A stretch of DNA of 64,000 nucleotides from Balanoglossus misakiensis (Eukaryota > Animalia > Hemichordata), in NCBI GenBank assembly GCA_040954595.2, contig CM082589.2:12164894-12228893 (forward strand), written 5' to 3'. The notes under the pieces were generated by a model. It was not told where the DNA came from and searched no databases. It saw nothing but the letters and a program-made list of their open reading frames with translations. Shown one piece after another: positions 51,265 through 64,000 of this stretch. Both the position numbers and the translations under genes were made by a program. Numbering within the stretch: the stretch's first letter is position 1; every line of letters starts with the position of its first letter.

Positions 51265-54200
51265 TCAAACAAGTGAGTATATACTTTCAAGACACCCTGC
51301 AAACAAACAAGCAATCTTTATTCCGTAGATCTTTAAGCATATTTATGCATTGTATATTTTGATGTGAAACTTCAAATTTTATTGGTCTTGTTGCCAAACT
51401 TCTGAAGAAATGAGGATATTGTTTTGAAGGGTATTTTATCAGTAGATAACAAATACCATGGCCCTCCATGCAAATACCCACATGGTAAATTAAAACTGTT
51501 ACAGGTGTATTTGATTTAAGCAATAAAACACCCCCAGCCATGGTATACCACGAGATTTTGACCAGTTCACGACATATACGCACGAGCGATAGCGAGTGCG
51601 TATATAGAGTTGAACTGGTCAAAATCGAGTGGTATACCATGGCTGGGGGTGTTTTATTGCTATTATATTATGCCAGTATATTGAAACTTTGCATAAAACA
51701 TTTTAAAAAGGCATTTTCTTTGACTATGATATATGACTGTGGTATATGGCTAATATATCACGGTCACGTGTCGTGTCTCGACCAATCAAATAGCGTGATT
51801 TACACCATCAATATACTGGTATAATATAATTCCACATATGGATTACATGTGGGATAATATTGGGTGCTGGCAGTTTCAGTAAATGAACTGCTCTTAAAAG
51901 TTGGGTGTCAGGGCACCCTTGACTTCTTATTGTTCAGTTATACATTTAGGAGGCTCAGTTATAGGAGAACCCGATAGAACCACAGCTGTAGGAATTAGGG
52001 AAATGGTCATACCCTAAAAAACTTATGTCACTACTATTTTTTTTTCATGCCATTGAAACAGAACAAACTCCATGTAGGCCAAGTCCATGCCTGAACAATG
52101 GGCGGTGTACTCAGCTGTCTTGTACAACTTATGAGTGTACTTGTCCAGGATGTTTCACCGGCACACACTGCAGCCAGTGTAAAACTCATTAAAACAAACA
52201 TTTGTCATGCAGGAACTAACATTTACAATCATGTCTCAATACATTGTCTGTTGGTCATACTTTATATTTTCATCTTCAGCATCACACCTTGGTCCTTGGG
52301 AATCGGTCACCTCAAAAATGATGTACAGCTGAAAGAAAACATGTTTATTTGAAGAAAAAACTGTTGATCGTTCATGAAAATTTTCCCTACACAAGATACA
52401 TATACAGAGATTTTCATAGCCCCATAAGTGCGTCCCAGAATGAGCAAGTTGTTTTTGGAAGTGAAGTTCCGTTCAGTATTTACAGTAATGGTAATGATGA
52501 TGTTTTCATCAAACAGATTTTGAAAGTAAATATTGCTGAGATAACATTAGGTTGCACTTTTTATTGCAGTCCAAGATCCAGGCCAGCGAAACAGCTGTCT
52601 CAACGGGGCTGTATGTAATGCAGTGGCCAACTCCTGCACGGCATATACCTGTGCCTGTACTGGTTGCTATGAGGGTAACCGTTGTGAAATATGTAAGTTT
52701 CTGACGTACCGTAAATGACAATCTTTTGGGCACTTTCTCTTCATGGCAATTGAATTGTGTGGTAACTTCTCATTTCTAAAATTTCCCCAAGAGAAAAGAA
52801 AGGAAAAGGAAACAGAAATTTCATTTGTATGTCCGTGCAATTTAGGATAGGCACGAACTTGTGAGGAAGTGTACGAAGTTGGATGTTTTCATCACTCAAA
52901 TATACAAGAGTTGCCTCTTGAAGACTAGTGTCTGTAGAGATAATTGTGCATGTGAGGTAATCTCTCCTAAGGTGGTGCACACCTCTTAGTATTAAGTAAA
53001 AGAGACGTCCTTAATTATCCTTACTATTTGGCTTGAAAAATCAATCTTACTAGGTGTTCTGATTAGAGAGGTGTCCATAAAGACAGGTTTTACTGTATTA
53101 CCCAAAATAGAGACATTGTCCCTTCATCATATACTTAATGCGTGTTCTGGGTATGGTTCCAGTATAATGCTTGTGTCAAAGGATTTTGTTGTGGTGCAGG
53201 AATCATCTTTGGTTGAGGTGTAGCCATCTGCATTTCATGTGTTTTAAACTATTTTTTTTTCTGATTGTCATTAACCCATGTGATCAGAATCCGTGTCAAA
53301 ATGGAGGCTATTGTTCCAAAACACCAAATTCTTATACTGACTACACCTGTTACTGCCAGTAGTGTTGGACTGGGGCCATCTGTGCCGTAGGTGTGTCGAA
53401 TTACTGTTTTATGACACAGCGTGGTATATAAACCCTCATTTTTGGTATTCTCAATGTGATAGATGGACCCATACACCAATAAATGGGGTGGAAGCATTAC
53501 TAAGTTTCATCCTTTCAAAATTTGCTGATGTAGGGTCAAAATTGAGTGTGAGGTGCATGTTAAAAAGGAAAGCCTTCTGTATCATGTTGATGGCACATTT
53601 TTTTAATTTTTCAAGATTCTTACAGAAAAATCCTAGCAATAGCATCATTATGTTATTTTAAATGTAAAGGTTTGAAACAAGGAATGAAGACATTGCTCAC
53701 ATATTTAAGCGAAATGAACATCACAAGTACATGTACAAGTTTTTGACAAGCAGGTAATTAATAATTTCCTTTTCGTTTTGGCAGCCATTGATCAGTTATA
53801 CCCTATGCCTTGTCAAAATGGTGGCACATGCGTTGCGTGAGACGGCTGTTTCCTGTTTGACTGTATGTGTACCGAATGCTTCACTGGTGCCACATGTACA
53901 ATGCGTAAGTACTAACCAATATTATTTTATTCAATGCAAAACACTTGTTATATATTATATAATATAAGTACGGTACACATATTAAAGCCCTGGTAACTCA
54001 AACTTTGGGCTAGCTTAATGTTATCACTATTTTTGTTTTCGGTTGCAACTGTGGTTTCTTGTCACACTCTAAAGGATTTCACAGCATTTGGTTTTTCAAA
54101 ACAGCCCTTTGGTTGTTGTCATGTATACATGTACATGACTGTGGAGTGTAGTTTGTAGATTCTGTAATTTTGACAATATCTTGACTGCACATCCCACAGC

Positions 54201-57200
54201 TGTCAACCAGTGTCAACCCATCCAGTGTCGGAATGGTGGAAACTGTGTGCTGACGCCCAATTGGTGTACTGAATTCACATGCTCCTGTACAAGCTGTTAC
54301 TCCGGCGATTTATGTCAGACATGTGAGTGATTTTAAATTTCAGATGAAGAGGAACATAATAACATAACACATAATCGGCTTGCAGTTGGTTTCTTCCAAC
54401 CTGTATCAAACAGTGAATAACGACACAATTTTGGGGAAATTTATTAAGAATGTGTGTGCCATAAAAGGGGATTGTGTATTTGACCAAATAACAACCTGCA
54501 CCGTATGGTACACTAAGACACTATTACACCTGTGTCAAAATTTCATTACGTTTCTTTTGTTGAACATGGAAGAAATTTGTCACAGTGATGTTCTGTTGAC
54601 CAACTGAGATTTTTACCACTCAACCCTGACTGCACAAATCTGTTTAAAGTATATGTAGTAAATATTAACTGTACACAATTTATATCACTTTCTCTTCTGT
54701 GCACAGATTTGAATCCGTGTCAGCCCAACCCTTGTCTAAACAGTGGATTCTGCCAGCAAGTGTCCTGCACCGAGTTCAGATGCCAGAGTCCACGCTGTTT
54801 CATCGGAACCACGTGCGCTGAACGTAAGCAAACCAGTGTCAGATTTCCCGCACAAAGTAGAAATCGCTGGGCTTTGTCATTGATATTGTCTCAATAAAGT
54901 TGCCTGTGATTGTGCAGCTAACCAAGAGACTTATATGCACTACGGTAGCCATGATGAATACTTTCATTGACTCAAATGCTCATCAGTGTAGATGTTGCTA
55001 TTTTTCCAACCGTAAATTGAAACATCAGAAAGTTATGACATCAACTACCCCCACCCCCACCCCACCCACCCCCAACTAGTAAATATTATAAGATTCAGTA
55101 ATTATGATAAAGATGGTAGCACCAAGCTTGGATCAAGTGGTCTTCATTATCCTTCACACATGAACATGATCACACGGATGTGCAATCTTCTGACAGTCTG
55201 CTACAGATTTCACTTCCCACTCAAGTGTGTAAGACCCTAATGTGATACTTTTCATTTCTCTCACCCTTAGCGATCAACCAGTGTCTTCTAAACCCATGTC
55301 TGAATAACGGAGTGTATCAGCCACTTCAAGGCTCCTGCTCAATCTACACCTGCAACTGTCCAACCTGCTACACTGGGCAAACATGTGTTACATGTAAGTC
55401 ACAAGTTTTTAGGTCCCATTGGTATGTACCATGGGAACTTATGGGATTGGTTACGTCTGTATGTATGGATGGATGGATGGATGTATGTCTGTATGTCCGT
55501 CCACATGAAAAACTTGAAAACCGCAGCGCGTTTGACCTCGATATTTGGCGTGTAGATGCAGGCAGGGCTGTAGATGGGAGTTTGTTCAAATGAAGATGTC
55601 ATTGCCAAAAATATGCAAATTAGCTGGGAAAATGTGAAATTGGTCAAAACTCAAAAACTGGACAACCACTGGTCATATTGATTTGAAAAATGGTATGCAT
55701 GTACCTTATATCAACCTCATACAACCCTGTATGTTTTGAGCTAATATTATCGATTTCCTATTTTTTTTGCATTTTTTTGTATTTTTCCATGTTATTGGTA
55801 AAAGTCTTTGAAATTTAGTATGAAGCCTCCTAATGTTGTCTAAGTAACCATAGTTTTGTTCAAATTGTTGCAAAATTTGCATATCTATAATTTTGAGCAT
55901 TATTTGCCATTTTTGGTCAAAAAATGTTTTTCTTTAAAACCTCATGCCAGATTGCTTTGCAATTTGGTAGGCATGTTCGTAGGGGTAACCTAAATAATAT
56001 GTTGTAAAAAATGTGATATTTGCATAAATGTGTTATCGGGGAAACTTTTGCAATTTTTGTCAAAAATTGTTTTCACTGAAACCGCTTGTCCTATTGCATT
56101 GAACTTAGGCAGCATGTTCCTTGTAGTGATTGAAGTAAGATATTGTACAATTTTGGTGATATTTTCATATTTGTGTTTTTGCCACTTTTGAACAAATATT
56201 TTCTGTGAAACTGCTTGTTGGATTGCTTTGAAATTAGTTTTTTCTCTGATTGCTTTGAAATTTAGGATATAATTTCATAACACATACCTGTATATGTGCA
56301 ACTTTTATTCAATTCTGAGATCAGAAAGATTAAATATTTAGCGAGTTTTTTTGGTAAGTTTCTTTGTTTTTGGTTAGCAAATCTTCTCCTAAACAAATTG
56401 TCCAGTTGTTTTTAAAGTTACTATTTACAAGGAGTTGTTACCTCGAACAAAGACATGTTTACATAACTTAAATAGGCCAGCTGTTACAGAGACCACCAGC
56501 TATCACATTTTAATTACCAGTGGCAGGTCAGTGTGTGTCTGTTCCAGGGCTGACTGAAAGAAGTTGCTTCGCATATGTGTTTGTGTACAGACAATTTTTG
56601 GTCAATTTTTTTTTCTAGCACCACTTGTAAGACTGCCATGACACATGACAGTTTATTGGGCATGTTCCTTGTTAATGTTTTTACATTGCATATTTCTATA
56701 TGGTCAGATCATAAGTGCTTGCAAATGTCACCTGTAATTTTTATTCTGCTGTGTCACTGTTTCCGCATAATCCTCAAATGTCATCAGATCTCCGAATGTG
56801 ATGAAAACAGTGTGTTTTGAGTGGGTTTTTTTAATGACCTTTTGGGTTAAAAGTGGCAAAAATGGCAATTTTGTCTTCAAAGGGGTCAATAAGACTGACT
56901 TTTTTGGAATCAGCACCATTTTTTACATTGAATGGACTAGTCTGCTCAAACTTTCCTTACCAAAAATTCTGTTTAATCTTCTGTAACATGTATACTAGTG
57001 TACATGTAGCTGCCTGATAGTTTGCCCTGTGTGTGTAATTGCTGAGTGACATAACGCATTCTGTGATTGATGCAGTCACGTAACCACCAATCGAACGATT
57101 GTTATAAGGAGAACTGCACGACCTTTAACCGCATTAGCATACCTGATTTTTAGGGCTCGATATTACCTCTGAGGACGCAATATTTAAGTTGAAGTTTTTT

Positions 57201-57952
57201 TATTTTATCATATTAGAGCAAGAAGACTTGTCTTTTATGTAAAAGAAATAGACCCTAATATACAGAGTGCATTTTGAAACGATAGGCAGTTCCGGCCCAT
57301 AGCCTAATTCTTCATTTTTCTGTCATGCGTAGGAATTGATTAGTGCTAACACCCATGTCAAAATGGCAGCACTTGCCAACCCTAACCTCGTGTGTGGCAT
57401 TGACGTGCACCTGCCAAGGATGCTTTACTGGGAGCGCTGTGAAAATTGTCAGTCAGTTTCTTTTGTCAAATTAATCAATATGTGTGGGACTGCTATACAT
57501 GTATATAAAACAGAATACTGCGATGGAAAATTCTATAACTTAATGTTTCAGTGGATATATGACTTAAAGTTAGCAGTATGCAGTGAATTCAACAGAAAGT
57601 GTAATTTCCTCTTGTGTGAGCTCTGTGCGACTGTGCCAATGAAAATCTCACCACAAACAAAAATGACAGGTATACACTGTATATTAGCAGCTTTGTCTCT
57701 GTAATAGCCATAGTGTTTTGAAGTTGAAAACTTGCAAAGTGTGCAGTTTTATTCACACTACAAAGGAAACATTGTTGAAACGGATTATCTGTGTACATTG
57801 TCAAACTGTACACTTGTCGCGAGATTTATTCTCAATTATATTACTAGTATATCATGCTACCGTCTGCAACTCTGATTGGACGAGAGCTAAATCCAGCGAT
57901 GCTAAAATACTCAATAATGCACTGCTGGCAGTGGTAAAACGGGCTTTCTGTT

Positions 57953-58271
57953 TGCCACATGGGTTTGTTCTTTAGGTTGTTGTATGTGTTTACACCCATC
58001 ATGTTTATTGTAGAACCAGGGTCGATCAGTGAGGCAACTGCTGTTTGTTCTATCTGCACTGTTACTCGAGGCCTCCTGCCATTTGATTGTTGTACAGTGA
58101 AGCAGTATTCATCTCCCGAGCTGTCTTCCACTTTATGCACAGCTTTGACAGTTTTATCCTTGTCTACCCTATTTGCCTTGCCTTTTGAATGGTAGCATTT
58201 GGCTAAATGGTTAGGTTTGCCACATTTCCTGCATGACTTGCCTTTAGCTGGACATACTGAGTCATGTGGTA
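57953..58271 (-). mobile_element. Gypsy gag/protease fragment, copy 4
   Basis: ORF 57844-58275 gives the same peptide as copy 1. Confidence 0.83.
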
Positions 58272-59591
58272 CCATTATTAAAATAAGGGCCAGTCATCAA
58301 AACGTAAGTGAGCCAAAAAACTACAGGTCAGATAAATTGTTTTCTCGTAAATTCAACATTAGAATCAAATTTGGCGTTGGAAACAAACGGCGGGTCGCCA
58401 GTTCCTGGTCTGGAGGCTGGTAGAGTCACGTCTTGAAGACTGGCCCCTATTTTAATAATGGCATTGTCATGACCGGCCAACCTTTGACCTCGGAGACCAC
58501 AATGTAGAGCTATCGATCAGCTTTTCGCGTTTCAATCAAACATTGCAATCACGGGCTAAAATCACTAACTAGTTGATACCTTTTTCGGTGTTTCATCTAA
58601 CCTTTGAAAGGAGTATAATAAAAATGAAATGACCGCACGTAATGTGCATTTCTTGTTCACGTGTGGGGACTATATGTGTGCGTAATGATCCAAATGCAAG
58701 GGGTCGTGTGAACAGGCCTTAAATAATGAGTTTGCGTTAAATAATGAGTTTGCGTTAAATAATAAGTTGACAAACGGCGCGAGTGCATTTTTTCATGGTT
58801 TAGAAATCACTTATTTATATATAATTCATTATATAATGTAAATCACTCATGATATATATATAATAGACTTGCACTTAAATTATTTATAAATCACTCATGA
58901 TATATATATAATACACTTAAATTTTTTTTATTTATAAATAATTAATTATATATAAATAATTATGTACATCACTCATGATATATATATAATAGACTGACAC
59001 TGACATTGTTTATAAATAATTTATTATATATAAATAAAAGAGCATAAAATACATTTTATGTATATAATTGAATCGACTTGAAATTATTTATAAATAAATT
59101 GTCAGGACTTAAATGGTTTGCAAATCTATAATTACATACATATAAGTATGTTAAATAACGACTTTTGAACAAATAATTTAGCTAAATAATAAGTTAACAC
59201 ATGGCACCCCATACAAACATTACGTCCAGTCCAAATATTCTGCCAATTTTACATCCAATGCATTCAAATAGTGGACTGCTTCGCTTTCATCCAGTTTTCA
59301 TGTGCATCGTATAAGTAGACTTTTGTTTTGTCCCGTCTTTTCACCGAATTTGCTCTTTTCCAAATCTCCGACACAGACTATGATCGTCACATTCTTGTCT
59401 GTTGTTAGAACAGCACACTGCCATATGGCATTGACTGTATACAGTTTCTGTTACCAATATCTCTGGTTTGGCATTTTCCTGTCCTCAATCTTTTGCCAGG
59501 GATTTTTGTGTCCCCAACCCGCGTGAGAATCCCACGTCTTTGAAGGTATGACTGTGACTATAAGATTCTATAAATCTCTGTTTATTTTCAG

Positions 59592-62500
59592 CACAAACAT
59601 CATGTGCTGATTGCCCAGCTGGTAACCAATGTCCAAATGGTAACACTGTGATTTTATGCTCGGCTGGTTATTACAGTTCGGCCTTGGACAAAGGATGTCT
59701 CGCTGTACCTCTTGCATAACAGGTAAACTTCTACCCACCAACCTTTATTTCCAACATCAAACATTAGGTCAGGTAATTTACTAACTGAAAAATAGGATGG
59801 GAACATTTTCCATTTCTGTATTTAAAATTTACTGATATAATATATGAATGAAAAAATGACAATTTTTCCAAATTTGAATAGACCTCTATTTATGAAAATA
59901 ATTAAAATTTGCGCCAATTTTTTACAGTGGTATTCAAAGGTTAACTTGGTGTGTATATTCTTTGTTTGATTTACAGATCAGCCGGTGCTGAACAGTGTAC
60001 TATTTGTGAGCAAGGGTACGCCTGCACAGATCCCAGTGCATCGCAATTCAAGTGTACCAAGGGTTACGTGTCATTGGCTGGTGCAACAAACTGTACCAGA
60101 TGTACAAATGGTAAGATTGTGGTACTTGTTCAGTTTGCTGTGTGATGAAACTGAGTGGTATGTGTGTATGCATGTATGTGTTTACAACAGATTTTCAAGT
60201 CAGTGCGACTGGGGTTATGTATGTGTGTGTATGTATGTATGTATGTGTTTACAACAGATTATCAACTCAGTGCGAAATCTTGCGAGACCCGGTTAGCCAT
60301 GTGAGATCTCGCAGAGTCTTATGATATTCAGAAAATGGTTGATTAGAAATGACGTTTAATGTCCTCCAAAGAATTTTCTACATGCCCGTATACTTGTCTC
60401 AGAATTATGAAGTGAATCATCTCAAGTAATTTGTTATTTTAAATGACACTGTATCACAAATACTTCACTAAAAACCTCATTTTCTTTAATCAGATGAAAT
60501 AAGTGAGGAGCCTGCACGCACATCCCGTCTTCTGTGCCCTGCTGGACAATCGTGTTCAGATCCAATGTAAGATCCGCTTGACTGTGGCAATGGTGAATAT
60601 GCTATGGAAGGCGACGGCACATGCACGCCTTGTCCAGCAGGATCCAAGTGTCCAACCATGTCACCCGTAGTTGATTGTTCAACAGTTACTGGTAAGTTGG
60701 GCTGCAAATTACTCTTATGACTTCCCTGTGTTATAGCATGACATACACAGAAAATTAAACTGTTATGCTCATTGGAGTTGATATTGTGATGCACTTTGAA
60801 AAACACAATGATTCCACTGAAGAGGTATTGTACAGTAACACCTGTGATTACGGACATCTCTCTAATAAGGGATCGTTGGACCAAACCAATCGTTCTTTGA
60901 ATTTTTTCTGTGATAGGTTCATACTCGCTAGGTTCGGCCAAGTCCTTCTGGTTATGAATGCACAACTACAAATGTCACACAGTGCGCTACAGGGAAGTAA
61001 AGTGTTGAAGGAGGTAAGTCTTGAAATCTCTTTTCTTCTGGTCTCGATTTGAACATGGTTCCACAAGTTGTTTACATCACTTGTAGTTTTACATATTTTT
61101 TTAGTTCAACAGCTATGCTATACATGGTGTCCTGAGAAGTCGACCAGTATGAGAAGTCGGTATCGGCCAGTACGAGAAGTCGGCCTGTGGGAGAGAACCC
61201 TGGTACTTTGTGTTATATATAACTGTTTCACTACGAAATGTTTCCTTGATGTACAGGAGCTGAGATATTTGTACAAATAGCCGATGAATTTTAAAACTGT
61301 CTGTTCACTTTTCATGTACGTCACCGGGGTACGTCAACATCAGTCACCTGCACTTCTTGAGCTGCGCCAGTAGTCTGTTCCTTGTCACGTTTGTTTGTTT
61401 GTTTGTTTGGTGTTGTCTCAGAAAGTATGAATATACACATACATCTTCTATGTATTTTAGTAGGCTTTGAAACAACTCCCTTTAATCAGAAATGTCACAG
61501 GAATTTGGCGAACAACCTAAGCTCCTTACGCGGATACGGGGATGGGGAACTGGTACGGATGCCAGACGCCATTATTTGAAATGACGCCATTGTGTTGTCA
61601 AGAATTTGGGAAATCCGTCCAAATGAAAATATTTAGTGCAATTATATTTTATTAAGTGTTGTTATAAGTAATCTGGGTCATCACTGCACTATTCGGGTAC
61701 AAGTTCAACAACTGGCCGACTTCTCATACGCGCGTAGTGGCTGACTTCTAATCTGGCCGACTTCTCATGTATTCCTATACATTAGTGAAAATTGGGGAAA
61801 CTGGTGTTTTCAGACAACTTATGAAGTCCCTTTCGCAATATTAACTCTAAAACAGCGGGTGATATTCCTTTTAAAATTTAACCAAATAAGCATACTTGAA
61901 CTCTGTCATATCGGCAAAACACTCACTACACAAGCTGCTGTTATTCTACAGACATGACATGTGCTGATTGCGGCGTAGGTAACTACTGTCCAGATGGGTC
62001 AGACAGCCCCATTCCTTGTCCATCAAGTTATTATGCTGACACAGCCACAGAAGTATCCTGTACCCCTTGCGATCCAGGCTGTCAGTGTGCAGCAACATCA
62101 CCCACTTGCCTGCACATCAAGAACCTACTCTCTGGGACCATCAACAACATGTACTCCCCTTCTACCAGGTTTGTAGTCGTCTTAGTCGTAAAAACATATT
62201 TAAGGTGTTGGGCACCTCGAAATAAAGGGTCGTCTGATCATGTTAAAATTAATACTGATGATACTATGACTTCTAAACATTTAATCTATGGAATAAAAAT
62301 TGGGGGTCAACCATCTAGAGTTTTGAAAAAGCGCCCTTTATCTAGCACCTCTTTCAGATTTTGCCAGGCTCGTAGATTTTTGTAAAATGGCCTCAAAAAT
62401 AAGAATTTTGGAAGGTTTGTCATATTTTTTCACCATTGTAGAATCTAAATGTTCTGAATTATTTTATTTTTAGCAATTTTGAGATTGCTTCATGTTCAGT

Positions 62501-63471
62501 ATGATAATCGCATGTCAATACAACTGTTACATTAAAGGAAAAGTTCAAATCCGCCTAAAACCACATTGCATTGGTACCTAGTTAAGTTGTCCTCACTTCT
62601 GACGCAAAATTTTGATGTGCAATGCACGTGTCTGTGAAATTGACGAATAAAAAAATTGTATACCAGTGCAAAATTAAAAACTCCCTGTGCAGCCTTCTTG
62701 GCAACTGCATGCTGGGAAAAGTACTCGGATGATGACGAAAAAGTTTCGGGGTTCCGGGTAGTGCTACCCCGGAATACAATGTTGGGTGCAGACTCCAACT
62801 ATGGAAAAGAGATGCAGAATGTCATGTGATATAGTAGTGAAAACAAATACACGTTGGTTCACGTATTTCAGCTCTCAGCAATCAGGGTGCATTAAAAGGC
62901 CTTGATTGGTGTGATATTCACAATTGATGATTATAAATACTTACAGTTGTATACTGTTTTATTTTGTAAATATTGTGTACATTTGCAGCAATGAATCCGT
63001 GCGAACACAAACCTTAACCCATGCCGGAATGCTGGTACTTGCCAAGCAATCCAGGGATCTTGTACAGGCGTCACATGTCTATGTGCTGGCTGCTACCTGG
63101 GCTTCACATGTGAAACACGTGAGTACAGTACTTTGTCATTTATTAAAAAATCTAAGTGCTGAGGTACATTGTAGTAATAATAGCAGGTGTAGTCATTATC
63201 ATCATCATCATCATCTTTAAGTCAGTCATATGATCGGTAATAAAAACAGTAAAATCACCAGTATAAAAACATAACAGAGAAATAATGAACGTGTACTGGT
63301 GTTACCATAGGTAACTGTTGTATAAAATTTTGAATTCCTGTCTTCCAGTTCCTAATCCATGCTTCACTAGTCCTTGTCTCAATGGAGGTACCTGCCAACA
63401 ACAGGCAAATTCTTGTACTGCCACCATTGGCATGTGCACAGAGTGTTACTAGGGAAACAGGTGTGAGACAA
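59592..63471 (+). pseudogene. Cys-rich + EGF pseudogene fragment, copy 5 (cut by window end)
   Basis: Cys-rich exons and EGF exons 1-2 are present at offset 59470-59473. Confidence 0.85.
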
Positions 63472-63565
63472 GTAAGTTTGAATCTATAGCAGTTAATAAT
63501 GATAATTATCATTTTTTTTTATTATGATTTAAACTTCACTGATGTTGTACAAACACAAAAATAGA

Positions 63566-64000
63566 AATAATAATAATAATAATAATAATTTATTTGTATA
63601 GCGTCAGTATCCACAAAAAATGTGATCAATGACGCTTAAAGCAAAAGTACAATACAACACAACAAATGGCTAAAAAACAGATTTAAAAAGTAAAGTTTTA
63701 ACATTTGATTTAAAAACAGATAAGTCTGGTGCCTGGCGAATGGTGAGTGGAAGATTATTCCAAAGAATTGGAGCAGCAACAGTAAAAGCACGATCACCAT
63801 AACTCTTGGTGCGTGATCGAACAGGGCAGAGTTTGAACTGATCAGCTGACCTCAAATTGCGACACGGAACATATAGATTAGTCATGCTAGAAAGATAGAT
63901 TGGACCAAGTTTATGAATGGATTTAAAAATGAGAACTAACATCTTAAAAACAATACGCTCTGTAACAGGTAGCCAGTGCAACTGATACAAAATTGGAGTG
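63566..64000 (-). mobile_element. L2-type LINE 3' fragment, copy 5
   Basis: Same as 4096-4563; runs to the window end. Confidence 0.87.

Larger units (their letters stand above)
44831..57447 (+). pseudogene. Cys-rich + 12xEGF pseudogene fragment, copy 4
   Basis: Near-identical to copy 1, with a 142-bp intronic deletion and an extra 1-bp deletion in the last EGF exon. Confidence 0.87.
1..64000. repeat. Tandem array (macrosatellite) of a ~14.9-kb unit, 4.3 copies in window, extending beyond both edges
   Basis: TTTTCCTGTCCTCAATCTTTTGCCAGG recurs at 1, 14906, 29806, 44713 and 59474. The whole ORF track repeats with these offsets and the copies differ only by scattered SNPs/indels. The phase is arbitrary (set by the window start). 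Confidence 0.99.

Noticed and set aside
1-64000. Most ORFs in the six-frame track as real genes
   Set aside because: They are short, overlap on both strands, cross splice sites or TE sequence, and recur only because the unit repeats. Only the exon-derived Cys-rich parts and the LINE and Gypsy peptides are meaningful.
1-64000. Pure assembly duplication artefact
   Set aside because: Copies carry private and shared SNPs, microsatellite length differences and a 142-bp deletion. This is not fully excluded without reads.

Overview
Eukaryotic (animal) genomic DNA, AT-rich, with GT-AG introns and animal TE families. A marine invertebrate deuterostome is my guess, not something I can show. The whole window is one head-to-tail tandem array of a ~14.9-kb unit: copies start at 1, 14906, 29806, 44713 and 59474 (partial), with periods 14905/14900/14907/14761 bp and only scattered SNPs/indels between copies. 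Each unit carries a decayed, spliced fragment of an extracellular Cys-rich gene on the + strand: about 5 exons of CPxGxxC-type (ephrin-receptor-like/GCC2_GCC3-like) repeats, then 12 single-exon, phase 1-1 EGF modules. Stops, frameshifts, a lost acceptor and a transposon inside one exon are shared by all copies, so the gene decayed before it was amplified. The EGF modules have an unusual 8-Cys pattern. The two extra cysteines lie at the positions that form the inter-domain packing interface in Notch-type EGF pairs, which suggests inter-module disulfide 'staples' (inference). The introns and the unit junction hold TE remnants: an L2-type LINE 3' end, a Gypsy gag/protease fragment, several TIR elements, a double-hairpin element and a Helentron/HINE-like element. 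There is no intact gene, RNA gene or CRISPR array; nearly all listed ORFs are spurious.
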